Virus record (IMG/VR): IMGVR_UViG_3300010354_000051 | Location: 32,001-96,000 of that record | DNA from: a virus | Direction: 5' to 3' (one strand) | Length of the DNA: 64,000 bases | Position numbers and translations under genes: made by a program | Notes under the pieces: generated by a model | Seen by the model: the letters and a program-made list of their open reading frames with translations, nothing else | What the model was told of the DNA's origin: nothing | Databases searched by the model: none | Shown here: positions 1 through 10,233 of the stretch, piece by piece | How the letters are laid out: every line of letters starts with the position of its first letter | Numbering within the stretch: position 1 is the stretch's first letter

Positions 1-56
1 ATTTCTTACCCGATCCGTCTGCTATCGCAGAAAGCGGGGATGGGGCAGTCTGTGCA

Positions 57-494
57 GTGATAAATATGATTGTTGAGGCTCTGGGGGGCGAATTGGACCT
101 GGGCATAGGGAAAAATAACTTCAACCGGCTGCAAAAAGCAATCCGAATTTACAAATCTTCACCGGTTAAGGTTCTTTCTCCTGCTCAGCCAGTGGGGGAT
201 ACTCCCGTCGAGCTGTGCAACAAAGTATTCGGTCCGGGTCTCCCCGAGGAGGAGAAGGTGAAAGTCATCGCGACATTTGCAGAGAGACTGAGCAGGTATA
301 AGTCGGCTAGTGAAATACCACCCGAGCTGATTAGAAAATCCTGCACTTTGTCCCGTCTGCCCGTCTTTTTCACTTGGGACCAGGCCCACAAGGACGCTCA
401 CTCCCGCCTAAAAGCCCTGAAAAACGGCCATTACGACCATGAGTACAAGCGGTTGCTGGAAACCCTGGTCGTTGAAAGTAAAACAGAGGGGTAA
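57..494 (+). CDS. hypothetical protein
   Basis: 145-aa ORF directly upstream of the baseplate cluster; no recognisable motif; true start may be the ATG near 66. Confidence 0.6.
   Translation: MINMIVEALGGELDLGIGKNNFNRLQKAIRIYKSSPVKVLSPAQPVGDTPVELCNKVFGPGLPEEEKVKVIATFAERLSRYKSASEIPPELIRKSCTLSRLPVFFTWDQAHKDAHSRLKALKNGHYDHEYKRLLETLVVESKTEG
471..486 (+). promoter_or_regulatory. candidate phage late promoter GTTGAAAG-TAAAA-CAG
   Basis: Copy of the recurrent motif; core ends 22 nt before the start at 501; lies in the 3' end of the upstream ORF. Confidence 0.55.
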
Positions 495-500
495 TTTTGA

Positions 501-1505
501 GTGAGTAGCACGTATCTTACTGACTCCTGGTCTAGTATTTCTGGCCTGGCCGCTGTTGCTTACGGCTCGCCCAGCCTGTACCCAGAAGTGGCTAATCAGG
601 TCCGGTCTCAGTCGCCTACAAGTTTTGTCGACATGTTGCCGCCTTCTGAAGTCTTAAGACATGCGCTCCCCGCTGAAGTTTTCCAAGACTCGGTACAGGA
701 TGAGTACGACAAAGGTGGAGATTTTGCAGACTATGTAGATTCGGGTAAGAGAACAGTCGGGCAGGAGGCTGACAGCATATACGACAATCTGCTGTCTTTT
801 TCCGACCAAGTCACTTCATACAACAAGAGATTCTCTGACCTGCTCGGTTATGTGACTTCTGGCAAGGGGCTGGATGTGGTAAGCGTAACCAGAAACCTGG
901 AAAGCAAATTGCCAGACCTGTCTCTGTTCACATCAATAGCTACTAGCATCGCTTCTAGAAAGCTGGATAAACTTCCTGCTGACACTCAGGTCAGCATTTC
1001 AGACACTGCTCCGTTAGGCAAAGATGTGAGAGGGGTGGACATAGCTGCTGGCTATTTGACACCCGGACAGTATTTTTCTGACGTAGCTTATCCCGGTGTC
1101 GGCACGACCTTTGACAATCTGCCCGCATCTATCATGACTTCACTAGAGCAGGGCTATGCCGGATATGGTTCGCTAGAACCTCTAGCCGGCCCACTATCGC
1201 TGGTATCTGTAGAAGATGTTGCCGGCTTGTCTAGCATACCACGGTCGTTGTTCGGAATAGGCACATTGAATACGATTAGAGATTTGACCGGGCTCGGTCT
1301 AATGTCCGAAGCTGACCAGGCCATGTATTCAGTAGACCTGTCCGAACTAATTCTGGCCAGAAACGGCTATACAACTTATAACCCTCTGACCGACAGTAAT
1401 GGGGATTTCCTCGATCCGGCTCTTGTAACCGATCCTGCCCTTAAAAATATCGACCCTGGTCAAGGTCTTCCTTCTTCTCAAAGATCTAAATCTACCGCAT
1501 TCTAA
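501..1505 (+). CDS. baseplate wedge protein with N-terminal LysM/P2 gpX-like domain
   Basis: N-terminus SISGLAAVAYGSPSLYPEVAN resembles the gpX/LysM pattern; immediately upstream of baseplate J. Confidence 0.55.
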   Translation: MSSTYLTDSWSSISGLAAVAYGSPSLYPEVANQVRSQSPTSFVDMLPPSEVLRHALPAEVFQDSVQDEYDKGGDFADYVDSGKRTVGQEADSIYDNLLSFSDQVTSYNKRFSDLLGYVTSGKGLDVVSVTRNLESKLPDLSLFTSIATSIASRKLDKLPADTQVSISDTAPLGKDVRGVDIAAGYLTPGQYFSDVAYPGVGTTFDNLPASIMTSLEQGYAGYGSLEPLAGPLSLVSVEDVAGLSSIPRSLFGIGTLNTIRDLTGLGLMSEADQAMYSVDLSELILARNGYTTYNPLTDSNGDFLDPALVTDPALKNIDPGQGLPSSQRSKSTAF

Positions 1506-1510
1506 TCTCC

Positions 1511-2797
1511 ATGGCTACTGAAATTTTTGGGCCTATATTGCCGCTACTTCTAGACAGTAGAAATGTTGACGATGTGGTTAGAGGTATACAGTCTCGGATG
1601 TTTATTGAGTCGGGCGGGGCTCTGACAGATTTTACCCCGGCTTCACCCCTTGCAGCAATTAGCGAAGGTCAGGGTTATGCTCAGGCCGAACTGCTATACT
1701 ACCTAAATAGCTTGCCAGAAGCTGTAACTTTGCAATGGCTGAGGACTCTAGGCATTCAAAGAAAACTAGGAGCTAGGGCAGAAGTTGAGATTACTTTGTA
1801 CAAAGTTCCTGGCTATCAAAGAGCAGTTAATATACCGGCCGGGTCTAAGGTTTACGCGAACGGAGGACAAGTTTACATAACTTTGACCCAAGTCTCAATC
1901 ACTTCCGACTCAGCAACTGTCCTGGCGCAGTCTGAGAGATGGGGGACGATTTACAATGTTGGCCAGGGTCAGATTAACCGAATCGATAAAAATTACCTCG
2001 GCCTCGACTACATAACCAATCTTCAGCCAGCTACCGGAGGGGAAGACCTAGAGTCTGCTGAAGATATGAAGTTCAGAGCATTTGAACTCTTCGGGCGCAG
2101 AAATCTTACCTCAAAAGCAGATTTTGAAGCAGAAATCGCCCAGGTAGCTCCCGAGGCAGAGATTGTAAAAGTTCTATCGTATGAAGAGCGGTTTGGTCAG
2201 GATAGTCGAGGAATTTTTATAGTTGCTGGCGGGTCTAACGGTTCGCCCTTATCCACATCGACTCAAACCTCACTAATAACCTCAATTCGGGACAAAGTCC
2301 CGCTTGATTGCAGAATTTACCTGGCCCAACCTACAATCCTGCCAGTAGAAGTAGTGGTTAACATAACCTGGGACCCACTCACTACTTCAGTATTTACTGA
2401 TACTATGGCATCTGAAATTAATCAGTTGCTGCTAGACCTGATCGACCCGGCAATACTCGGCCTGGGGAATAGTCTATCCCATACCGAAATATATAGAAGA
2501 GTGCTAGCTCTGGGCTATGTAGTGGAAGTTCCTGTGTTGGATATTAAGGAGAGGATTGTCGACTTGGACACTTCCGGTACGGATACGTCCTGTGGAAGAT
2601 TTGTTGGTGAGGATGTAGGGGACGATACTTGTCTCTATACCTACAACGCTATGGTAACCAACTCAGACCCTGGGAGTCTGACTACTTCCGATCCGACTTC
2701 CGCTTTTAAACTCTACAAATCCGTAGTCTCTCTAACCTCTACAATTGACTACAGCACCTTAACTTACACTTACGACAATCTATATGAACTTGTCTAA
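1511..2797 (+). CDS. baseplate J-like wedge protein
   Basis: Typical motifs WLRTLGIQRKLG, IPAGSKV, GTIYNVGQGQI, TNLQPATGGEDLES, DFEAEI. Confidence 0.9.
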   Translation: MATEIFGPILPLLLDSRNVDDVVRGIQSRMFIESGGALTDFTPASPLAAISEGQGYAQAELLYYLNSLPEAVTLQWLRTLGIQRKLGARAEVEITLYKVPGYQRAVNIPAGSKVYANGGQVYITLTQVSITSDSATVLAQSERWGTIYNVGQGQINRIDKNYLGLDYITNLQPATGGEDLESAEDMKFRAFELFGRRNLTSKADFEAEIAQVAPEAEIVKVLSYEERFGQDSRGIFIVAGGSNGSPLSTSTQTSLITSIRDKVPLDCRIYLAQPTILPVEVVVNITWDPLTTSVFTDTMASEINQLLLDLIDPAILGLGNSLSHTEIYRRVLALGYVVEVPVLDIKERIVDLDTSGTDTSCGRFVGEDVGDDTCLYTYNAMVTNSDPGSLTTSDPTSAFKLYKSVVSLTSTIDYSTLTYTYDNLYELV

Positions 2798-4673
2798 TTC
2801 AGTCTGGGACCGGACACGGTCTACAACCCACCGATCGACAGCATTTTCTCTAGTTCCTCCTCGTGTAACTTTTGAATTTGAGAACAGGGGTAGAAGAAGT
2901 AGTCCGGCCTTTCGGTCAGGCAGAGTAACCTTTGTAAGCGGTCAGCAGCTAAATAAGTCAAGAGACGAGGTAATTAACCAGAACTACGACTCGAACTCCT
3001 TTCACTCAATCTCCAATACATATACCCCGGCTACGTTACTTCCAGAGACCGGAGATGTGTACTTTCACGGAGTTAGAACAGAGTCCGGGTTAGAAAACTG
3101 CGCATTGATGAACTCGACCTGTATCGGCACAGGTTCGGATTCTCAATGTGAGAGAGGGAAATGTAAAATAGGTACTGTTACTGCTACGACTAAAAAGAAT
3201 AAGTGGAGATTCGATTCGGCCACGGTTCCTGGACTGTACTACTATGTATTTGGGACGGATTCAATTACTCTGAAGTCGGTGGTTCGGGGCAGTTTTGTTC
3301 TGCCGGCCGGCCAATCGGCCATAGCAGTAACAAACATAGCTAGCATCCCTACAACTATCTACCTCCCGCCTAACTCTTATTCTGAGGAGACATTTGTAAG
3401 GCGGGTTATTACTGTTGTTTCAGGGTCTGAGCTGAGGGGGATTAAGGACAGTGCTAATGATTTTGTCAGAGAGTTACTGCAGAACAATTTGGCCAGTGTA
3501 GCAGTTGAAGACGAGGTAAGAAATAGAGTAGAAAATGCAATAGTGTCTTCTTTAGATAAAATTTGGGCGGATTTTGTTCTATCCACAATCGCAACTATCT
3601 GGTCGGAATCCGGTCTGACTAACCGGGACTTTTTGTTAAGGGTTTACGAGGAAATGTCCGTCCTGTACCGCAGCTATTTGCAGGTCGGAATGAGTTCTGT
3701 GCGATTCGGTCGATTGAACACCGATCCTGACCAGGCTAGACCAGTCTACAATCGCCTGCCCGGCATATCAGGAGCGTATAATTCTGAGGACAATCCGGAC
3801 AACCCCTCCAAATGGCTTGTTTCAGGAGTTGACTCCTACCTCTCATTCTATAAAAACCATCTTCTGGACCGGTTTTATAGTTTATACCTGGATTATCAAA
3901 CTTGCTATCCGGGTTGTTTAGATTGGATAGGGCAGCACCTTGGGTACAGTTCGGAATTTTGGAAGCTGAGTTGGGATTCGTCCATTAAAAGAGCATTGAT
4001 AGCTAATGCCCATGTCAACAGAATTCAGGGGCAGATGTGGCAGACTTCGGACACGTTAAAGAAAATAGATTTGTCAGTCATAGAGACAATAAATGCCAAT
4101 TCGTTTACCGGAGTTGTAACCACTCAAGCTAGACATTTTAAGAGGCAGTATTATAGCTCTTACCAGGCAACCTATCTCACTCAAGAGTTGAACCTGACTG
4201 TCAGTTTAGCAAACTGGAATGGTATTTTGCCCGGAAAAGGTTCATTGACTACTTTAATGGTCTTGTTCTCGATATTTAATATCAAGGCGGTTTCCGGAGA
4301 AGAGCTTAAGTACAACTCTGACGGGACATACTCTGTCAAAAGCGGGCTTAGGCAGTATGAAGTCTCCGCCCCGATAAACACCCCGTACATGGTTGATAAT
4401 CTGCGTGTCGGGACTGAAACAGATTCAGAGGTGGGGAACTTCCCTAATCAGCTTGTGGCTGATCTTAGCAGATTTTATGACGATACCGCAGCTAATACGG
4501 TAGTCATTCGCATGCCTTTCTACTATAATAGAAATGGCAGAACTTGGAATTCTGTCCAGTCTATCGTTGATAACTTCGTGCCGACTAGTTCTGTTAGCCG
4601 AGTTCAATACGCTTACTCTGCGGCCGATTTGATGGTCGCCGGAGACTACTTCTTCGAGCCTATTATCGACTAA
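2784..4673 (+). CDS. P2 gpI-like baseplate/tail protein with long N-terminal extension
   Basis: CLDWIGQHLGY followed by W..SIKRALIA and GKGS motifs typical of the gpI family; follows baseplate J. Confidence 0.7.
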   Translation: MNLSNSVWDRTRSTTHRSTAFSLVPPRVTFEFENRGRRSSPAFRSGRVTFVSGQQLNKSRDEVINQNYDSNSFHSISNTYTPATLLPETGDVYFHGVRTESGLENCALMNSTCIGTGSDSQCERGKCKIGTVTATTKKNKWRFDSATVPGLYYYVFGTDSITLKSVVRGSFVLPAGQSAIAVTNIASIPTTIYLPPNSYSEETFVRRVITVVSGSELRGIKDSANDFVRELLQNNLASVAVEDEVRNRVENAIVSSLDKIWADFVLSTIATIWSESGLTNRDFLLRVYEEMSVLYRSYLQVGMSSVRFGRLNTDPDQARPVYNRLPGISGAYNSEDNPDNPSKWLVSGVDSYLSFYKNHLLDRFYSLYLDYQTCYPGCLDWIGQHLGYSSEFWKLSWDSSIKRALIANAHVNRIQGQMWQTSDTLKKIDLSVIETINANSFTGVVTTQARHFKRQYYSSYQATYLTQELNLTVSLANWNGILPGKGSLTTLMVLFSIFNIKAVSGEELKYNSDGTYSVKSGLRQYEVSAPINTPYMVDNLRVGTETDSEVGNFPNQLVADLSRFYDDTAANTVVIRMPFYYNRNGRTWNSVQSIVDNFVPTSSVSRVQYAYSAADLMVAGDYFFEPIID

Positions 4674-7612
4674 TGTCCTCTTTTTTCAGCCAGTTAAATG
4701 CTATCAGCGAGTCTGTAGATCGTACTTTAGAAGTACTCGGTGTGCCTTTTGCCGACCCGTTTAACGAAGAGGGGGTAATTTGTGACGTATCCGATCCTAA
4801 GTACTTGGGCAGAGTTAAAGTAACTACGAAGGACGGACTTATCTCGCCCTGGGTTCCCGTGGCAGGCTCAAGTAGGGGGAGACTAAGTGCTAAGTATATT
4901 GGCACGAGAGTAATGGTATCTAAAATAGGTGGCAGATCTGAGAGGTTGTATATTACGGGTATATTGAGTGGGGATAAAGATATTGGTGTGATAGGTACTC
5001 CTGTTCAGCTACCAATAATCGATGAGAGTGTAGCAGTTTGGTCCGGATCTAGTGATACCGGGATGAAGTGTAATGAGGGTAATGAGGCCAGGGTCTACGT
5101 TCTCAGTAATGAGATGGGACAGGATGCAGTTATTTGTCTCCGCAGGAATAATTTGCAAGACGGCGGGGGTTCTGTCTGGGCGTGGAAATCTCTGACTAAC
5201 GGCTTATGGGTAGAAAAAGGGTTTAATCCTGGCAACGCTGATACCATGTCTGTTACCCAAGCTCAGGAGAATAATCCTGGCATACCGAAATGCGATCAGT
5301 CCATGCTAGGGGAAAGGCATGACTTTACAGAGGATAGGGGGTTCCGAACCATATCCATGCAATGCAGGAGAGATGAGAACGGCGATTATTCGTGGATACC
5401 TGACGGTTCTAGCCCGGTGTTTTTCCGAACCACTCTACCATCTTGTACGGAGAAAATACATGGCATGTCTGCTACTGTAGACGACGGAAATAATTCTGAA
5501 TATATGATATGCCAGAGATACCAAGGTAAAATGAAATGGGTGCGTCAGGGGAGAAGAATACCACATAAATTTTACTCGAAAGAAAAACCACTAAACCGGA
5601 TTGAGTTTCTGAGCAAGTTTAATCCGATCCCCGAATTACAGACTGAAGTAAGTGTTTCAGGGTATGATTGGGTAGCCGATCCGGCTGTTAGCCAGGCCGT
5701 CTTTGACGAACTTTATAAAAATGTGCCGATTACTGGTACGGATCCTGAGTTAAAAATTCTACTGAAAGCGGCTAACTTAATACCCGATTCTGCTTTTGAC
5801 GAGGCCAGCGCCTTAAAACGAATTGCTAATGCGGCTATTGAGGCTAAGACAGGATTGCCCGTACAGGAAATATTTGATACGGTCAGGGCCGAACTCGACC
5901 AGTCAAACAGTTTGACTCCGGCCACTTCAAAACTTCTGACAGGTGTTGGTAAAGCAGCAGATGTTTTGATTAACGGCGAAGGCGAAGATGCCCTGATTGA
6001 GGTAGGCAGAGAAGCCCTGGTCGGGTCTATATCCTCTCTGAGCCCTCAAGCCGGATCGGTAATGACAGGTTTAATGACCGGAGGTGTTTGGGGGGCGGTA
6101 GATAGCGCGGTTGCAATCGGACTGGATAAATTGCCAGACGAGGTGAACAGATATGTCGCCCCGGTAGTAGATATTGCCAAAGACCTGCTGAAAGGCCAAT
6201 CGATAGGATTTTCTAACATAGTTAGTGCGGCGGTTAATGGTGGCTTGTCAAACAAAGTCTCATCGTTAGTTAACTCGGCTATAGGGGCGAATGTGGTTTC
6301 TCCTTCTACAGTTACTTCTGTACTGGAAGGTCTGGGCTCGGGGTCTTACGGAGATGTGTCAAAACTGTTCTCTGGACTTAGCAACTTGTCCGCTATAGAT
6401 AAACTTCCTGCTCCGGCCAATTCTCTGGCCAAATCAGCTACTTCTGCCCTAGGCCTAATAGGTCAAGCCGGCTCCGGAGTTAATTTCTTTGGCAATGCTG
6501 GACTAGGCTTGGATTCTGTTCAGAGCTTGCTCGGTAGTAATTCTAATCCTGCTGCGATCATAGCTTCGGGAGTGTCCGGATTGTCCGGGTTGCTTAGAGG
6601 TGGGCTGGGCGGAGACGATTGCCCTTGTGGTGAGAAATGTAGAAAGACTTCCCATGGTAAGAGTAAAGACGGGACAGATTTACTAGGTCCGTGCGGGTCG
6701 ATGAGTTCTAATACGGCTAACAGCACTACACCTAAAGGTATCCCCACACCTAATAACACTGGCCCGATTGCCAAAGAACTCGGCCTAAAGGATACTAAAC
6801 TCGGAGAGAGCTTATTGCCAGCCAATAATCTTGACCTATCGGATATAATAAACAAAGTTCCGAGAGTTAAGGACATGGCAGAGACAATCTACCAGAGTCG
6901 TTTTGCCGATCAGACAGAGAGAGAACTCGAACTAGCATCTAGCTTTGAGGCTGTAGAAAAGTCACTAAAAATAGCCGATAATAACATAACCAGAGTCGAG
7001 TCAATTGAACGCAAGTTAATAGACTCGTTGTATAATTTGCTGACTTCAATTGTTTACAATAAGAAAGTCGGCTCGGTGTCTGTAATGACAGAGGTCTTGG
7101 ATGCAGTCCGCACCAATTCCCGAGCTATAAAAGACCTGTATGAGTTTACCAAGGCATTAAATGCTGTTAAGAGAGGAGGTGACGCTGGGGTCAGGGTCAC
7201 TGAAGCCCTAGACAGCGCATTTAACAATATCCCAGCTCTGCTTAACCTGTCAAAAATCAACAGAGAAAACGCTCTTAAGATACTTAATGGCGGGATTATT
7301 CCGGCCGATAGAGAGTGGAGGGGGTTGAATCCAGACTTGTCAAGGGGAATTAAGCTAGGCAGTTATTCCCCCACTCTCCCTACTCCGTTTGATAACGAGC
7401 AGACTTTATTCAATCAGACCAGGGTCCTGTCCGAGTCATTAGAGTCCAAGCTAACCGACAACGACCCTGAGCAACAAAGCATATTCGACTTGTCTCTTTC
7501 TTCAAATCAAGTTGAAAGTCTTAAAGAATCGAGTGATTTTCTATACGGGTCGGACAAATCTCTCTACGACGTAGTTTCTGACCGAAACAAGAAAACTAAT
7601 TGCAATGAATAA
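4673..7612 (+). CDS. baseplate spike-type protein (gp5/VgrG OB-fold) with Cys repeats and long helical C-terminus
   Basis: EGVICDVSDPKYLGRVKV...ISPWVPV is the gp5/VgrG/gpV OB-fold signature. Confidence 0.75.
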   Translation: MSSFFSQLNAISESVDRTLEVLGVPFADPFNEEGVICDVSDPKYLGRVKVTTKDGLISPWVPVAGSSRGRLSAKYIGTRVMVSKIGGRSERLYITGILSGDKDIGVIGTPVQLPIIDESVAVWSGSSDTGMKCNEGNEARVYVLSNEMGQDAVICLRRNNLQDGGGSVWAWKSLTNGLWVEKGFNPGNADTMSVTQAQENNPGIPKCDQSMLGERHDFTEDRGFRTISMQCRRDENGDYSWIPDGSSPVFFRTTLPSCTEKIHGMSATVDDGNNSEYMICQRYQGKMKWVRQGRRIPHKFYSKEKPLNRIEFLSKFNPIPELQTEVSVSGYDWVADPAVSQAVFDELYKNVPITGTDPELKILLKAANLIPDSAFDEASALKRIANAAIEAKTGLPVQEIFDTVRAELDQSNSLTPATSKLLTGVGKAADVLINGEGEDALIEVGREALVGSISSLSPQAGSVMTGLMTGGVWGAVDSAVAIGLDKLPDEVNRYVAPVVDIAKDLLKGQSIGFSNIVSAAVNGGLSNKVSSLVNSAIGANVVSPSTVTSVLEGLGSGSYGDVSKLFSGLSNLSAIDKLPAPANSLAKSATSALGLIGQAGSGVNFFGNAGLGLDSVQSLLGSNSNPAAIIASGVSGLSGLLRGGLGGDDCPCGEKCRKTSHGKSKDGTDLLGPCGSMSSNTANSTTPKGIPTPNNTGPIAKELGLKDTKLGESLLPANNLDLSDIINKVPRVKDMAETIYQSRFADQTERELELASSFEAVEKSLKIADNNITRVESIERKLIDSLYNLLTSIVYNKKVGSVSVMTEVLDAVRTNSRAIKDLYEFTKALNAVKRGGDAGVRVTEALDSAFNNIPALLNLSKINRENALKILNGGIIPADREWRGLNPDLSRGIKLGSYSPTLPTPFDNEQTLFNQTRVLSESLESKLTDNDPEQQSIFDLSLSSNQVESLKESSDFLYGSDKSLYDVVSDRNKKTNCNE
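7511..7526 (+). promoter_or_regulatory. possible late promoter GTTGAAAG-TCTTA-AAG for terL
   Basis: Motif copy 86 nt upstream of the terminase start, inside a coding region; may be chance. Confidence 0.35.
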
Positions 7613-9185
7613 ATCTGAGCTGGTTAAAGAAAAAGCGCTGGTAAAAGAGATGATGGCCAGGGCAGATAATTTGTCCTTTGAAGAAAAACGAGAGTTGCTG
7701 AGGTTAAGGTGTCGGACCGAATTCATCACCTATGCAAAGTACATAACACGGCAAGTGGGGACTAGCGGAATCTTTAACCCGTTTCCAGTTCACGAGCTGA
7801 TATGTAGTTATGTGCAGGAGATTTGCGACGGTAATAAAGACTTCAGAAGAACAACTATATCGCTCCCTCCCCGTACAGGCAAGAGTATGCTGATCTCTAA
7901 ACTTCTGCCCAGTTGGCAATTAGGTAGAAGCCCATCTTCACAGTTTATTCTGGCCTCCTACGCCCTAAAACTCACCCATGAGAACTCTAGGGCGATTATG
8001 GATTTTGTCACCAGCGAAGCGTTTAAGTGGATATTCCCTGAGTGTACGATCAACAAAAAAGATTGTAACCTGAAGACAATAAGATCGGGACAAGCCGGTA
8101 TCATTATGTCAGCATCTGCCGGAGCTGGTGTTACCGGTTTCGGCTTTGGGGTCATATCCGAGGAAGATTTGCCCGGTATTGGTATATTGGATGACTTGCT
8201 TGAAGATGGTAATTCCCCCCAAGTACTCGATTCGACTTTTATGTGGACAGCCACTCAGTTTTTAACTCGTGGCCTGCCAAATAACTGTGTAATGAGCATA
8301 GGTACTCGTTTCCATAAAGAAGATGTGATAGGTAGGTTGTTGGCTTCAGACCCGACCGGTTGGCGTGAATTAAACGTACCGGCTCTGTGCCTGGATGAGG
8401 ATAGCGATCCGCTCAGCAGAAGGTTGGGTGAATCACACTGGCCAGAATTTTTCCCTGTAACCGAACTCGAGTCTATTAAAAAACAGGACGAGAAGACATT
8501 CAATACTTTGTATCTGGGTCGTCCTCAGGGTGAAAGTGGTTCGATATTCAAAGATATGTGGTTTGAACAGCACGATAAAAACCTAGAAAAATACGAATAT
8601 GTTTTTGCTACGGGTGACACTGCATTGAAAAAAGAAGAAGTTAATGACCCGTCCGCTGTTTGTATATTCGGAGTGGTTAAAAAGACTAGAAAACTCCACC
8701 TTCTGCATGTTTATAAGGAGCGGATGGAGTTCCCAGAATTGTTAAAAGCTTTGCCGGTATGGCTAAAGACCTGGAAAGTTCGGGCGTTGTATTTAGAGAG
8801 TAGGGCAAGCGGTCTCCCCCTCATTCAAATGTTGAGGAGAGAGTTGCAGATTCCGATAAAAGAAGTCGTACCGACTAAAGACAAGGTTTTCCGGGCAAAC
8901 GAGGTTGCTCCTATAGCGGAGGACGGCCGAGTATCCATCTATGCCAATATCCCAGCTCTGGGCGAACTACTGGCAGAACTCTGCGCTTTCCCGTACACAA
9001 AGCACAATGACTTCGTTGATAGCTTCTGCATGGGATTAAAGGTCTACCGGGACGAGATTATGGGTAGTGCCAAGACTGCCCACGGCGGGAGCAGGATACC
9101 CTTACCCCAGCTCAATCATTCCGGGTCTGCCCAAAGAATCACAGCTAGGCATGTTAGGGGTAAAATCTCAACCCGCTACATTTAG
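7605..9185 (+). CDS. terL: terminase large subunit
   Basis: Walker A ISLPPRTGKS, Walker B GILDDLLED, RNase H-like nuclease with ATGDTA and HNDFVDS, ESRASG motif. Confidence 0.95.
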   Translation: MNKSELVKEKALVKEMMARADNLSFEEKRELLRLRCRTEFITYAKYITRQVGTSGIFNPFPVHELICSYVQEICDGNKDFRRTTISLPPRTGKSMLISKLLPSWQLGRSPSSQFILASYALKLTHENSRAIMDFVTSEAFKWIFPECTINKKDCNLKTIRSGQAGIIMSASAGAGVTGFGFGVISEEDLPGIGILDDLLEDGNSPQVLDSTFMWTATQFLTRGLPNNCVMSIGTRFHKEDVIGRLLASDPTGWRELNVPALCLDEDSDPLSRRLGESHWPEFFPVTELESIKKQDEKTFNTLYLGRPQGESGSIFKDMWFEQHDKNLEKYEYVFATGDTALKKEEVNDPSAVCIFGVVKKTRKLHLLHVYKERMEFPELLKALPVWLKTWKVRALYLESRASGLPLIQMLRRELQIPIKEVVPTKDKVFRANEVAPIAEDGRVSIYANIPALGELLAELCAFPYTKHNDFVDSFCMGLKVYRDEIMGSAKTAHGGSRIPLPQLNHSGSAQRITARHVRGKISTRYI

Positions 9186-9193
9186 CCCTTTTC

Positions 9194-9550
9194 TTGCTAT
9201 ATTTATATTGCTTACTTAAGGCAATTATGTCCTCAGAGGAAAATCAATTTAAGTACCGGGCGGTAATTTTTACCACGCCGGGTTGCTCGGCCTGTGCAGC
9301 TATGAAACCAATCTGGGCGCAGGTTGCAGGGGAAATGGCCGAAGAATACCCTCAGCACAGGGTTGGTTGGGGGGAATACAACGTTCTGGAGGATGACTGG
9401 GAGTTCCTGGAGTCGTTAACTCCTGAGTCCGGTCAAGGCACTCCTGAAATTGCCATTTTTGATGAAGATGGCCAGCTTGTCGGCTTCAATGGGGACGGGA
9501 TTATGCCTGCCTCTCAATTAAAAGACTTCATTCTAACATCAATAGGTTGA
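9194..9550 (+). CDS. thioredoxin-like protein
   Basis: FTTPGCSACAAMKP CxxC motif and cis-Pro loop GTPEI; true start may be the ATG near 9227. Confidence 0.85.
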   Translation: MLYLYCLLKAIMSSEENQFKYRAVIFTTPGCSACAAMKPIWAQVAGEMAEEYPQHRVGWGEYNVLEDDWEFLESLTPESGQGTPEIAIFDEDGQLVGFNGDGIMPASQLKDFILTSIG

Positions 9551-10233
9551 GCATGATTAAAAACAAAAACCGGAGAAAATCCGAGTACGAGATTACTAGG
9601 GACAAGCACATCAAAGAGTGTATGTGGAAGGCTACCCATGCCGCACGCAAAGTCTCATCTTTCTCCGGAGTACCTTTTGACGAGCTGAGATCGGTGGCTT
9701 TGGAGGCCATGGTCAAATTGTATGACAAATGGGATCCGGAAAAGGCCAACTTCAGCACTTGGCTTAACCGCTCCCTCACCTTTCAACTCCTGAACTATTT
9801 GAGAGATTCCTCTCGAATGGTAAAAATGCCTCGGATATATGCCGATACATATATGCGGATTAGGAAAGTGATTTCTCGAACTCCTGAAATCAGCAACAAA
9901 GAGTTGTCAGAAATGACCGGTATTGACGAACTGGTTATTCAAGAGACCCGGAGTGCGTTTCAAGTTGTCTATCAGGAAATCAATGAGGATACGGAAATAC
10001 CGGCCAATCCCGAGTCTACTGAAGAAGACTCTTTGTCGGCCATGTTTGAGGACTACAAAGATGTCTTGGACAGGCTATCTTCTCTGCCCACTGAAGATTA
10101 CAATTTCCTCACTGATGTTTACATACACCATCGGGCTCAGTCCACTCTGTTTCGAAAGTATGCCGGGATTAATAAACCTGAGCATATACAGGAAAGAGCA
10201 GACAGGTTGATACAGGCAGTGTTAAATGGCTAA
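9547..10233 (+). CDS. RNA polymerase sigma factor, group 3 (SigF/SigB-like)
   Basis: Region 2 ELRSVALEAMVKLYDKWDPEKANFSTW...YLRDSSRMVKMPR; region 3-like ELSEMTGI; region 4 looks degenerate. Confidence 0.9.
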   Translation: MSMIKNKNRRKSEYEITRDKHIKECMWKATHAARKVSSFSGVPFDELRSVALEAMVKLYDKWDPEKANFSTWLNRSLTFQLLNYLRDSSRMVKMPRIYADTYMRIRKVISRTPEISNKELSEMTGIDELVIQETRSAFQVVYQEINEDTEIPANPESTEEDSLSAMFEDYKDVLDRLSSLPTEDYNFLTDVYIHHRAQSTLFRKYAGINKPEHIQERADRLIQAVLNG

